From assembly GCA_963782715.1 (NCBI GenBank), contig CAWAKU010000003.1:3259-67258 (forward strand): a stretch of 64,000 nucleotides of DNA. The letters are read 5' to 3'. The translations under genes were made by a program, and so were the position numbers. Below the pieces are notes generated by a model, which was not told the origin of the DNA, made no database searches, and worked only from the letters and a program-made list of their open reading frames with translations. Origin of the DNA: an uncultured Chloroflexia bacterium (GTDB taxonomy: Bacteria > Chloroflexota > Limnocylindria > Limnocylindrales > CSP1-4). Positions 45,237 to 52,700 of the stretch are shown here, piece after piece (positions within the stretch are counted from its first letter, which is position 1; each line of letters opens with the position of its first letter).

Positions 45237-45973
45237 TGGCCGACGGAGCGCCGCCGCTCCACGACCCGATCGACCCGGCGATCGCCGCCGGCAAGCTTGC
45301 GGAGTGGGGTTTCGTGGCGCATGCCGACCTGCCGGACGGAGCGGGCGACGCGTACCTCCTGGTCGCCCTGCGCGACCGTCCGACGTTTCGGCATTTCGAC
45401 CCGGAGCGGATCGATCTGTGGGTCACCCGGAGCGGCCGCGGCACCAGGCTCCAGATCGATCGATCGACCCCGGAGCTCGACCTCCAGTTCTCGTGGGGGA
45501 CGGTCGCCATCGTCGATCGCCTGGCGGTCTCGAACGAGTACGTCGTCTTCGGCGGCCGTCTGACCTCGAGTCGGGTCAACGGCATGACGGTCGTCACCTT
45601 CGTGTCGCCGGCGCCCATCCTCCGGCGCGGCGGCCACTCGCAGGGCTGGGACGAGGCGGCGGTCGACCTGGCCGCCTTCTTCGGTCGGGTGATGGTCGCG
45701 GTGGACTACGTGCCGGGCTTCGAGGCGCGGATGTCGGCTGCGGACCCGATCACGCGCTACGCCGCATTCGTCAGCGATTGCCTCGTCCGCTATGAGGCCG
45801 CACCGGCGCTCCGGCTGGAGCACCCGACGCTGTGGACCTTGTTGCGGGCCCAGGCGACCCGGCTCGAGTCGAGTCACCTCGATCAGTGGGCCGAGGGGGC
45901 CGCCCTCGCGGCCGCCGCCCACACCGAGGCCGCGGTGGCCCCGGTCGCCGGTACGCCCGTCGCGTCTCGCTGA
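45236..45973 (+). CDS. hypothetical protein (translationally coupled to the hemerythrin gene)
   Basis: The ATG at 45236 overlaps the hemerythrin TGA (TGATG). The 245-aa product has normal composition. I recognise no family. Confidence 0.55.
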   Translation: MADGAPPLHDPIDPAIAAGKLAEWGFVAHADLPDGAGDAYLLVALRDRPTFRHFDPERIDLWVTRSGRGTRLQIDRSTPELDLQFSWGTVAIVDRLAVSNEYVVFGGRLTSSRVNGMTVVTFVSPAPILRRGGHSQGWDEAAVDLAAFFGRVMVAVDYVPGFEARMSAADPITRYAAFVSDCLVRYEAAPALRLEHPTLWTLLRAQATRLESSHLDQWAEGAALAAAAHTEAAVAPVAGTPVASR

Positions 45974-46007
45974 ACCCAGCCGACCAGCCGGGCAACCGTG
46001 CTCCCGG

Positions 46008-46757
46008 TCAGATCGTCCGGTTGGCGATCGTCAGCTCCTGCGCCGTCCACGACTTCAGTGCCGCGAGCTGGCGCGCGTCGAGTCGTTCGCAGGCCCAGTC
46101 CCAGTGGATCGAGATGTGGTCGCCGGGCGCCGGCTCGTCGATGAAACCGAGACCATCCTGCCAGCCCCGGATGGTCTCGGCGCGCGGGGCGCCCAGGCGG
46201 AGCTTGCCGTCCGCCCATTCGAGCGGGACCGCGTCGACCAGCAGGTCCGCGCCGATCCGGTCACGGACGACACCCCAGCGGATGCGGCAGTTGTCGATGA
46301 TGCCGAGGACGTCGTCGGCCGGACCGCCGCGCAGCAGGCCGACGGTCGGAAAGACGTCGAGGACGTGGAAGGCATGGACGGGATGGGCGCCGTCGGGCGC
46401 CTTGGTGGCGAGCCAGCGCCAGGCCGAGGCCCGGACACGGGGCTTGAAACGTGCCTCGTTCGAGCGCCCGAAGTCAGCGACCGGGACGGCGTCCAGCAGG
46501 TCACTGCCGAGCCAGTAGGCCTCCACGACACGGCCGTCGAGCGGGTCGGCGATGCCGTTCGCACGGGCGATCAGCTCGAGGTACGGCCAGGCGCCCTCGA
46601 AGCCCTGGGCGAGCGCCCGGATGCGTCGCAGGTCGCCGCCGGCGACGGCCTCGCCGAGCAGCTCGTCGGCCGCATCCGGCCCGCAGTAGCCGAGGCGGTT
46701 CGGTCCATACGCGTAGCGCGCGAAACGGACCGGCCCTGGGACGTCAAGGGAGATCAT
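46008..46757 (-). CDS. conserved hypothetical protein at the distal end of the hydrogenase operon
   Basis: 249 aa (MISLDVPGPVRFARYAYGPNRLGYCGPD...). Its start lies 3 nt after the EamA stop. I only vaguely recall similar proteins near actinobacterial hydrogenase genes. Confidence 0.6.
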   Translation of the reverse strand: MISLDVPGPVRFARYAYGPNRLGYCGPDAADELLGEAVAGGDLRRIRALAQGFEGAWPYLELIARANGIADPLDGRVVEAYWLGSDLLDAVPVADFGRSNEARFKPRVRASAWRWLATKAPDGAHPVHAFHVLDVFPTVGLLRGGPADDVLGIIDNCRIRWGVVRDRIGADLLVDAVPLEWADGKLRLGAPRAETIRGWQDGLGFIDEPAPGDHISIHWDWACERLDARQLAALKSWTAQELTIANRTI

Positions 46758-46760
46758 GGG

Positions 46761-47714
46761 TCAGGCGGCGACGGCTGCCCGCTCGCGCCGAGAGCGCAGC
46801 GCGAAGACCGCGATCGCGACGACCGCGACGGCCATGACCGCCTGGCCGACCACGACGGTCGGCGCCGGCAGCGTGCCGTTGACGAGGCCCGCGAGCACGG
46901 CTGTGATCGGCGCGCCGATGACGAGGACGCTGGCCACGACGCTGGCGTCGGCCCGTCGCAGGGCGGCCAGCCAGGTCGCCGTGTAGGCAGCCAGCAGGGC
47001 GCCGGTGCCGAGGCCCCAGGCCCACTGGGTCGCCGTCAGCCCGATGAGGGTGGGCATGCGTCCGCTCACGGCGAGGTAGCCGATGAGCACGACCAGGCCG
47101 ATGCCCAGGCGCGCCGCACCAAGGACCGGCGACGGCACGTCGCGAACGAGCAGGCGGCGGGCGATGACGACCTCGACGGCCCACAGCAGAGTGGCTGCGA
47201 GGATCATCGTCTCGCCGGCACCCCAGGTCACGCCGGTCGGCGGGGCCGCCAGGAACTGGCCGGCCAGGAGCACGCCGAGCGCGGCGATCGGGAACCAGCC
47301 GAGCCGCTCGCCGAGGAACGGCACGGCGAGGACGACGACCCACACGAATAGCGTCTTGTGGATGAACGCGGCGGTCGGCGCGCTGGCGATGGCCAGCCCG
47401 CTGAAGAACAGGATGAACGGGACGCTCCCCCCGATGACGCCGATGGCGGTCATGCCCGCCCACGCCCGCCGGTCGAGCGTGCGGATCTCCGAGCGTCGCA
47501 CGACAAGCGCGGCAAACCCGATGAGCAGAAGAGCCGCGACCCCATTCTTGAGCGTCGTGTAGACCGCCGCGTCCGGGACCTGCTTGACGGCGTAGCTGTT
47601 GATGAAGACCGACACCCCGCTGATGAGCGCCACGCCGAACGCCAGGGCGATGCCCCAGCCGGTCGTGACAGGGATGCGCGACCGGGCGGTCGCGGGCTCA
47701 GGCTGGTTCGGCAT
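46761..47714 (-). CDS. EamA/DMT-superfamily transporter
   Basis: 317 aa with 10 predicted TM helices in two EamA repeats. The start overlaps the hypC 3' end by 17 nt. Confidence 0.8.
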   Translation of the reverse strand: MPNQPEPATARSRIPVTTGWGIALAFGVALISGVSVFINSYAVKQVPDAAVYTTLKNGVAALLLIGFAALVVRRSEIRTLDRRAWAGMTAIGVIGGSVPFILFFSGLAIASAPTAAFIHKTLFVWVVVLAVPFLGERLGWFPIAALGVLLAGQFLAAPPTGVTWGAGETMILAATLLWAVEVVIARRLLVRDVPSPVLGAARLGIGLVVLIGYLAVSGRMPTLIGLTATQWAWGLGTGALLAAYTATWLAALRRADASVVASVLVIGAPITAVLAGLVNGTLPAPTVVVGQAVMAVAVVAIAVFALRSRRERAAVAA

Positions 47715-47934
47715 GATCGGTCTCCCGTTGGGCTGTTTCGATGGATCCGGTGATGAATGACGCCTCGTCGGGCGTCAGCCGCTCGATGACGGTGCCGGCC
47801 GCGACGTAGACCCACTCCCCGACCGCAAGATCCGGGGCGAGGAGCGTGTTGGCACGCCGACGACGGCCGTCGGTCTCGATCGTGGCCCCGGTCGCATCGA
47901 TCGCGATGACCAGGCCGGGAAAGCCGAGGCACAT
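47698..47934 (-). CDS. hypC: [NiFe]-hydrogenase maturation chaperone HypC/HupF family
   Basis: 78 aa with the invariant N-terminal MCLGFPG motif. Confidence 0.85.
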   Translation of the reverse strand: MCLGFPGLVIAIDATGATIETDGRRRRANTLLAPDLAVGEWVYVAAGTVIERLTPDEASFITGSIETAQRETDHAEPA

Positions 47935-47938
47935 GCGG

Positions 47939-48373
47939 TCAGGCCTTGCGCGCGTCGCGGGCGACGACCGCGATGTCGTGGACGAGGTCGGTCGTGGACA
48001 GGATGCCGATGGGCAGCGTCTCGTCGTCGTCGGCCACGACCACCAGCCGGTGGATGTGGTTGCGCTCCATCCGGGCAGCTGCGATCGCCAGCGGGGTCGA
48101 GCGCTGGACGGTGACCGGGGGCGAGGTCATCAGGTGGCGGACCGACAACCCCGGCCAGTTGGCCCACAGGTACTCGGTCGAGCGCGCCCGGACGATATCC
48201 GTCTGGCTGACGACCCCGACCAGCGTGCCGGCCGCATCGACCACCGGCAGACCGCTGATGTGATGGCGATCCATCAGCTCGGCCGCCTGTTCGATGGGCG
48301 CGTTGGCCCGGATGACGACGAGGTCGAGGACCATCACATCGGCGACGGTCGCGTGTCGGGTATCGGCGGTCAT
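47939..48373 (-). CDS. CBS-pair domain protein
   Basis: 144 aa with two CBS motifs (ISGLPVVDAAGTLVGVVSQTDI; IHRLVVVADDDETLPIGILSTTDL). The ATG overlaps the upstream stop (ATGA). Confidence 0.85.
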   Translation of the reverse strand: MTADTRHATVADVMVLDLVVIRANAPIEQAAELMDRHHISGLPVVDAAGTLVGVVSQTDIVRARSTEYLWANWPGLSVRHLMTSPPVTVQRSTPLAIAAARMERNHIHRLVVVADDDETLPIGILSTTDLVHDIAVVARDARKA

Positions 48374-49938
48374 CGGACGGCTCCTTCTGATTCGAGGCTG
48401 GCGACCTGGGCCGCGTCGGGGAGCAGGCCGAGCGCCGCGGTGACGTCGATCAGTCCGTCGTATGCCGCGCCGATGACCGCGAGGTCCGCGTCGCCGACCG
48501 CGTCGCCGGGCTGCGCGAATGAACCCGCTAGGCGATGGCGGACCGCGTCCATGAGGGCGCTGCGGTCGAGTCCGGCACGAGCTGCGAACGGCGAGACACG
48601 CAGGAAGACCCCGACGAGGGCGATGTCTTCCATCGCTCCCGAGTCCAGGGCCGTGACCCGGATCCGTCGCGCGACGATGTCGGCACGGACCGCGGCTGGG
48701 ATCGACAGCCAGATCGCCTCGGGATCGGCCGACATCGACCGGATGAAGATCGTGCCGCCGTCGACCAGCCCGGCCAGCGGGTTGCCGAGGTCGATCGCGG
48801 ACACGTCACGCAGGGGCACGAGATCCACCCGCTCGAGCCCAGCGTGGAGGCGGATGGGCGCGTCGGCGAAGGTCAGGTCGTAGGTCGTCGCGCCGCCGTC
48901 TTCCCCGGGACCGGAGCGCGGGTGGCCCAGGACGACCACGTCGAACAGGTCGCCCGCCAGCGACGCCACGAGCCTGATGGTCGTGACCGGCCAGAAGGCG
49001 CCGATCGGATCGCCGCGCAGCGACCACGAGCCGGGCGGACGGAGGTCCAGCCGCGCGCGCTCGAGAGCGAGCGGGTGCTTCGTGCCGAGGACGGCATGCC
49101 GGGCCGGCAATTCGCCGTGCACGGCCAGCCGGTCGAAGACCGCGACGAGATCGCCCGCAGCGATGTCGTCCGAGCCGGGACCTGCCGAGAACGACAGGAC
49201 ACGCGGGACCATCACCCCTTCGGCCGCCGCGTCGTACAGCGCGGAACGGACCTCGCGGGTCAACGGATTGGCTGCCGCCAGCGGGTCATCCGCTCGCTCG
49301 ACGACACCGACCGACCGTGCCCGCCGGAGGGCGGCCAGCAGCTCGGCACTCGGGAACGGCCGGAAGCTGGTGATCGCGACGCAGCCGACCGGGCGGCCCT
49401 GCGCGCGGAGGTGGTCGACCACCGCGATGGCCGTGTCGGCGATCGTCCCCAGCGAGACGAGGATCTCGGAGGCACCGGCGCAGCGGTAGGCCTCGATGGC
49501 ACCGACCGGACGCCCGGTCAGGACGGTCCACCGGGTCATCGCAACGTCCAGTTCGGCGCGGATCCGGTCGATCTCCGGCGCATCGGCCGGATCGGCCCGG
49601 TCCCGCGGTCCATCGACGGGGTCGCCGACGAATTCGCGCAGCAGGTCGTCCTCCGGGAGCCGGATGCTCTCGATCGTGCCGTTCGTCAGGAAGCCGTCGC
49701 CGGCGACCACGAACGGGGTGTCCGTCACGGCGCCGACGCGTCGGGCGATGGCGGTCAGGTCCGCCGCTTCCTGGACGGTGCGGGCGAACAGGACCCCGGA
49801 GGCCGCGACCCGGCCGCCGGCCGGCCCGGACTCCTCGAATGCGGGCGGCATCCGGGACTCGACGTGGGCGATCGCCTCCGAGCCGTCGACGATCGCCGGC
49901 AGGCCCGGATACCGGGGCAGGAGCTGCTCGTCCTTCAT
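48370..49938 (-). CDS. pyruvate/2-oxoacid:ferredoxin oxidoreductase-like protein (domain II plus gamma-like domain) with truncated N-terminal domain and degenerate cofactor motifs
   Basis: The ATG at 49938 gives 522 aa. The domain-II block is ILVSLGTIADTAIAVVDHLRAQGRPVGCVAITSFRPFPSAELL. The N-terminus keeps DGSEAIAHVE but lacks about 150 aa of the usual pyrimidine-binding domain. The gamma-like part reads RGDPIGAF where GGQG is expected. Confidence 0.65.
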   Translation of the reverse strand: MKDEQLLPRYPGLPAIVDGSEAIAHVESRMPPAFEESGPAGGRVAASGVLFARTVQEAADLTAIARRVGAVTDTPFVVAGDGFLTNGTIESIRLPEDDLLREFVGDPVDGPRDRADPADAPEIDRIRAELDVAMTRWTVLTGRPVGAIEAYRCAGASEILVSLGTIADTAIAVVDHLRAQGRPVGCVAITSFRPFPSAELLAALRRARSVGVVERADDPLAAANPLTREVRSALYDAAAEGVMVPRVLSFSAGPGSDDIAAGDLVAVFDRLAVHGELPARHAVLGTKHPLALERARLDLRPPGSWSLRGDPIGAFWPVTTIRLVASLAGDLFDVVVLGHPRSGPGEDGGATTYDLTFADAPIRLHAGLERVDLVPLRDVSAIDLGNPLAGLVDGGTIFIRSMSADPEAIWLSIPAAVRADIVARRIRVTALDSGAMEDIALVGVFLRVSPFAARAGLDRSALMDAVRHRLAGSFAQPGDAVGDADLAVIGAAYDGLIDVTAALGLLPDAAQVASLESEGAVR

Positions 49939-50038
49939 GTCGAGAGCGTGGCGCGCTGGCCGACCGGGCGGCAGGGACAGGGTGACCGAACCGGCGGGCC
50001 GTTCGGCCCTGACTGGCCGGGCTGCCGGCCGAAGCCCG

Positions 50039-50548
50039 TCAGACGGCGTGGACGACCGATGCTGTCGCCGCGTCGATGAGCGCCGCCTCGATCGCTGCGC
50101 GGAACACAGGCAGGGCGTCGTTGACGGCGCGGCCGAGGCCCGGTCCGAAGCCGAACGAGTCGCCGCCGATCGCGACCAGGCTGCCATCGAGTCGCCGGCC
50201 ACGCATGACCTCGGCCATCGCGACGATCTGGCCGATGGGCAGGACATGCGACGAGCGCGCGACCGGCCCGGTGCGAGCGTCGCGTGCCGGGACGTCGGTC
50301 AAAGCGATGGTCACGACCATCCCGGGCGTCAGCCCGAGCGCCGCGTCGACGATGACGCAGGCGCTGTCGTCGGGCAGCTCGAGCAGGTCCTCGAGCTGGA
50401 TCGATTCGCACGGCCGGACCTCGAGGTCGGCCAGCAGGTGTGCCGGCAGACCGGCCAGCAATCCGGTCACCGCCGCCAGCGCCGCGCCGTCGTCACCCCG
50501 CTCGGCATTGCCGCAGACGAGCAGTCGGACGGGACGCGGACCGGTCAC
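50039..50548 (-). CDS. [NiFe]-hydrogenase maturation endopeptidase (HyaD/HybD/FrhD family)
   Basis: The GTG at 50548 overlaps the large-subunit stop (GTGA). The 169-aa product contains LLVCGNAERGDDGAA and IVDA metal-ligand blocks. Confidence 0.8.
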   Translation of the reverse strand: MTGPRPVRLLVCGNAERGDDGAALAAVTGLLAGLPAHLLADLEVRPCESIQLEDLLELPDDSACVIVDAALGLTPGMVVTIALTDVPARDARTGPVARSSHVLPIGQIVAMAEVMRGRRLDGSLVAIGGDSFGFGPGLGRAVNDALPVFRAAIEAALIDAATASVVHAV

Positions 50549-51861
50549 GACCGGGTGTCCACGCGCAGGTCGAGGAAGTGGGTCGCGCAGGAGATGCACG
50601 GGTCGTAGCTTCGGATCAGCTGCTCGAAGCGGTGCGTCGCCTCGTCGTGCGGCAGGTGCAGGACGGACGGCGCGAAGTCGGACAGGTCGGCCTCGATGGC
50701 GGCCTGGTTCTGGCTCGTCGGCGGCACGATCCGGGCGGTCGCCACGCGGCCGGCCTCGTCGAGCTCGTAGCGATGGAACAGCATGCCGCGCGGGGCTTCG
50801 GTCGCCCAGGCGGCGACGCCCGGTCCCGGCGTCCACGCGACCGACGGGCGTTCCGGCGGTCGGTAGTCGTCGATGATGTCGAGCGCCTCGGCGGTGGCGT
50901 GGACCAGTTCGATGGCCCGGGCGACGATCGAGCGGAACGGGTTGCGCCGGATCTCCTCGGCCAGCCCGGTCCGGGCCAGAGCCTCTGCCGCGCGGGGGTG
51001 GAGCTGGTCGGCGGCGAGGGTGATCCGTGACGACGGGCCGAGGAGGTAGACCTCGCCGGCGTGGGTCCGTGCCTGGAGCGCGTTCGACCAGCCGACCTGG
51101 TCCTCGGCGAAGGCGTCCTCCCAGGCGGTCGGCGACAGGTCGAGGCCGTCGGTCGAGACGATCCGGCCGTCGTTCATCGGGTATTCGGTCGGATGGCGCA
51201 GCGAGACGAGCCGCGGCTCGCGGTCGAAGACCGGCGGCTCGAGACCCTCGACGACCGCGACCGTCTCGAGGGCGACGTCGAGCGCCGCGGTCAGCTCGGC
51301 CCTGACGGCGGTCATCTCGGACCGCGACGGGACGTGATAGAAGCCACCGACCCGGACGGTCACCGGGTGGATGGGCCGCCCGCCGACGAGCGAGACCAGG
51401 TGGTTGCCGGCCTTCTTGAGCTTGAGCGCCCGCTCGACGAGCACGCGGTGGTCGCGGGCCAGTTCGATCGCGCTGGCGTAGCCCAGGAAGTCGGGGGCGT
51501 GCAGGAAGTAGACGTGGAGGGCGTGGCTCTCGATCCACTCGCCGCAATAGAGCAGCCGCCGCAGGGCGCGCACGGCCGGGTCGATCTCGATGCCTGCCGC
51601 CTCCTCGAATGCGTGGACCGCGCTCATCTGGTAGGCGACCGGGCAGATGCCGCAGATCCGCGCGACGATGTCGAGGACCTCGTCGGGCGTGCGGCCGTGG
51701 ACCAGGCGCTCGAAGTAGCGGGGCGCCTCGAAGATGCCGAGGCGCGCCTCGATGACCTCGCCGTCCTTGACGACGAGGCGGAGCGAGCCCTCGCCCTCGA
51801 CGCGGGTGAGGCCTTCGACCTCGAAGGTCTGGGTCTTCGGTCGGCGGGTGGTGGTCGTCAT
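50545..51861 (-). CDS. [NiFe]-hydrogenase large subunit, group 3b-like (HydA/HyhL-type)
   Basis: 438 aa. The N-terminal Ni-Fe ligand motif is RICGIC and the C-terminal motif is DPCISCATH. A 10-aa extension (FLDLRVDTRS) follows, to be removed by the protease. Confidence 0.9.
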   Translation of the reverse strand: MTTTTRRPKTQTFEVEGLTRVEGEGSLRLVVKDGEVIEARLGIFEAPRYFERLVHGRTPDEVLDIVARICGICPVAYQMSAVHAFEEAAGIEIDPAVRALRRLLYCGEWIESHALHVYFLHAPDFLGYASAIELARDHRVLVERALKLKKAGNHLVSLVGGRPIHPVTVRVGGFYHVPSRSEMTAVRAELTAALDVALETVAVVEGLEPPVFDREPRLVSLRHPTEYPMNDGRIVSTDGLDLSPTAWEDAFAEDQVGWSNALQARTHAGEVYLLGPSSRITLAADQLHPRAAEALARTGLAEEIRRNPFRSIVARAIELVHATAEALDIIDDYRPPERPSVAWTPGPGVAAWATEAPRGMLFHRYELDEAGRVATARIVPPTSQNQAAIEADLSDFAPSVLHLPHDEATHRFEQLIRSYDPCISCATHFLDLRVDTRS

Positions 51862-52700
51862 CGCGGGTCCTCCGAGCCCCGGGTCGCCGAGGCAGGTGTC
51901 GCGCCGGGCGGGCCGCCGTGGGCATTCACGACCGAGCGGAACGGTTCCGCCCAGACCGTGAACCCGGCGAAGCGCGCCGCGACGTCGGCGTCATCGAACC
52001 CGGGGGCACCGGCGATCAGGCCGGTCACATTGGCATCGTTGCGCGGGCCGAAGCAGCCGTAGCAGCCGCGTCCATAGGCCGGGCACAGGGCGCCGCAGCC
52101 GGTCCGGGTGACCGGTCCGAGGCAGGCGATCCCGGACGCGACCACGACGCACGTGGCACCGCGCCGCTTGCATTCGGCGCAGACCGATTCGTCGGGCAGC
52201 TGGGGACGCCGCCCGACGACAAGGGCCGTCAGCAGCTCGAGGAGCTGGCGTGGGTCGATCGGGCAGCCGCGCAGCTCGGCATCCACGACGACGTGGTCCG
52301 AGACGGGGGTGGCGAAGGCCAGCGAGTCGACGAGCTCGGGTCGCGGATAGACCGTCGCGGCCCACGGTCCATGGTCGGACCAGTTGCGGATGGCCTGGAT
52401 CCCGCCGGCCGTGGCGCAGGCTCCGATGGTGACGAGCGCCGTCGTCTCGCGGCGCAGGCGGATCAGCTCCTCGAGCTGCTCGTCCGTGCTGATCGAGCCC
52501 TCGACGAGGAGGACATCGAACGGCCCGGACGAGCGGCGCGAGGTGGCCTCCGGGAATTCGACGATATCGAACCGCTCGGCGATGGCCAGAAGGTCGTCCT
52601 CGAGGTCGAGGACGGTCAGCTGGCAGCCATCGCACGAGGCGAACTTGACGACCCCGACGCGAGGTCGGCGTGGAGCGGTCCGGCGGCTGGAGGGCGACAT
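51858..52700 (-). CDS. [NiFe]-hydrogenase small subunit, group 3b-like (HydD/HyhS-type)
   Basis: The ATG at 52700 gives 280 aa. It has the FASCDGCQ proximal-cluster motif plus C-terminal Cys clusters (CAECKRRGATC, CLGPVTRTGCGALCP, CYGCFGP). Confidence 0.85.
   Translation of the reverse strand: MSPSSRRTAPRRPRVGVVKFASCDGCQLTVLDLEDDLLAIAERFDIVEFPEATSRRSSGPFDVLLVEGSISTDEQLEELIRLRRETTALVTIGACATAGGIQAIRNWSDHGPWAATVYPRPELVDSLAFATPVSDHVVVDAELRGCPIDPRQLLELLTALVVGRRPQLPDESVCAECKRRGATCVVVASGIACLGPVTRTGCGALCPAYGRGCYGCFGPRNDANVTGLIAGAPGFDDADVAARFAGFTVWAEPFRSVVNAHGGPPGATPASATRGSEDPR

Noticed and set aside
50545-51861. A possible selenocysteine ([NiFeSe]) large subunit or other recoding in the hydrogenase genes.
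   Set aside because: The C-terminal ligand motif is DPCISCATH with ordinary Cys codons, and there is no in-frame TGA in any hydrogenase subunit gene.
50039-51925. A 628-aa ORF overlapping the hydrogenase large-subunit gene.
   Set aside because: Only the last 169 aa (the maturation protease, from the GTG at 50548) look like protein. The rest is an Arg/Pro/Gly-rich alternative frame of the large-subunit gene, which is typical of high-GC DNA.
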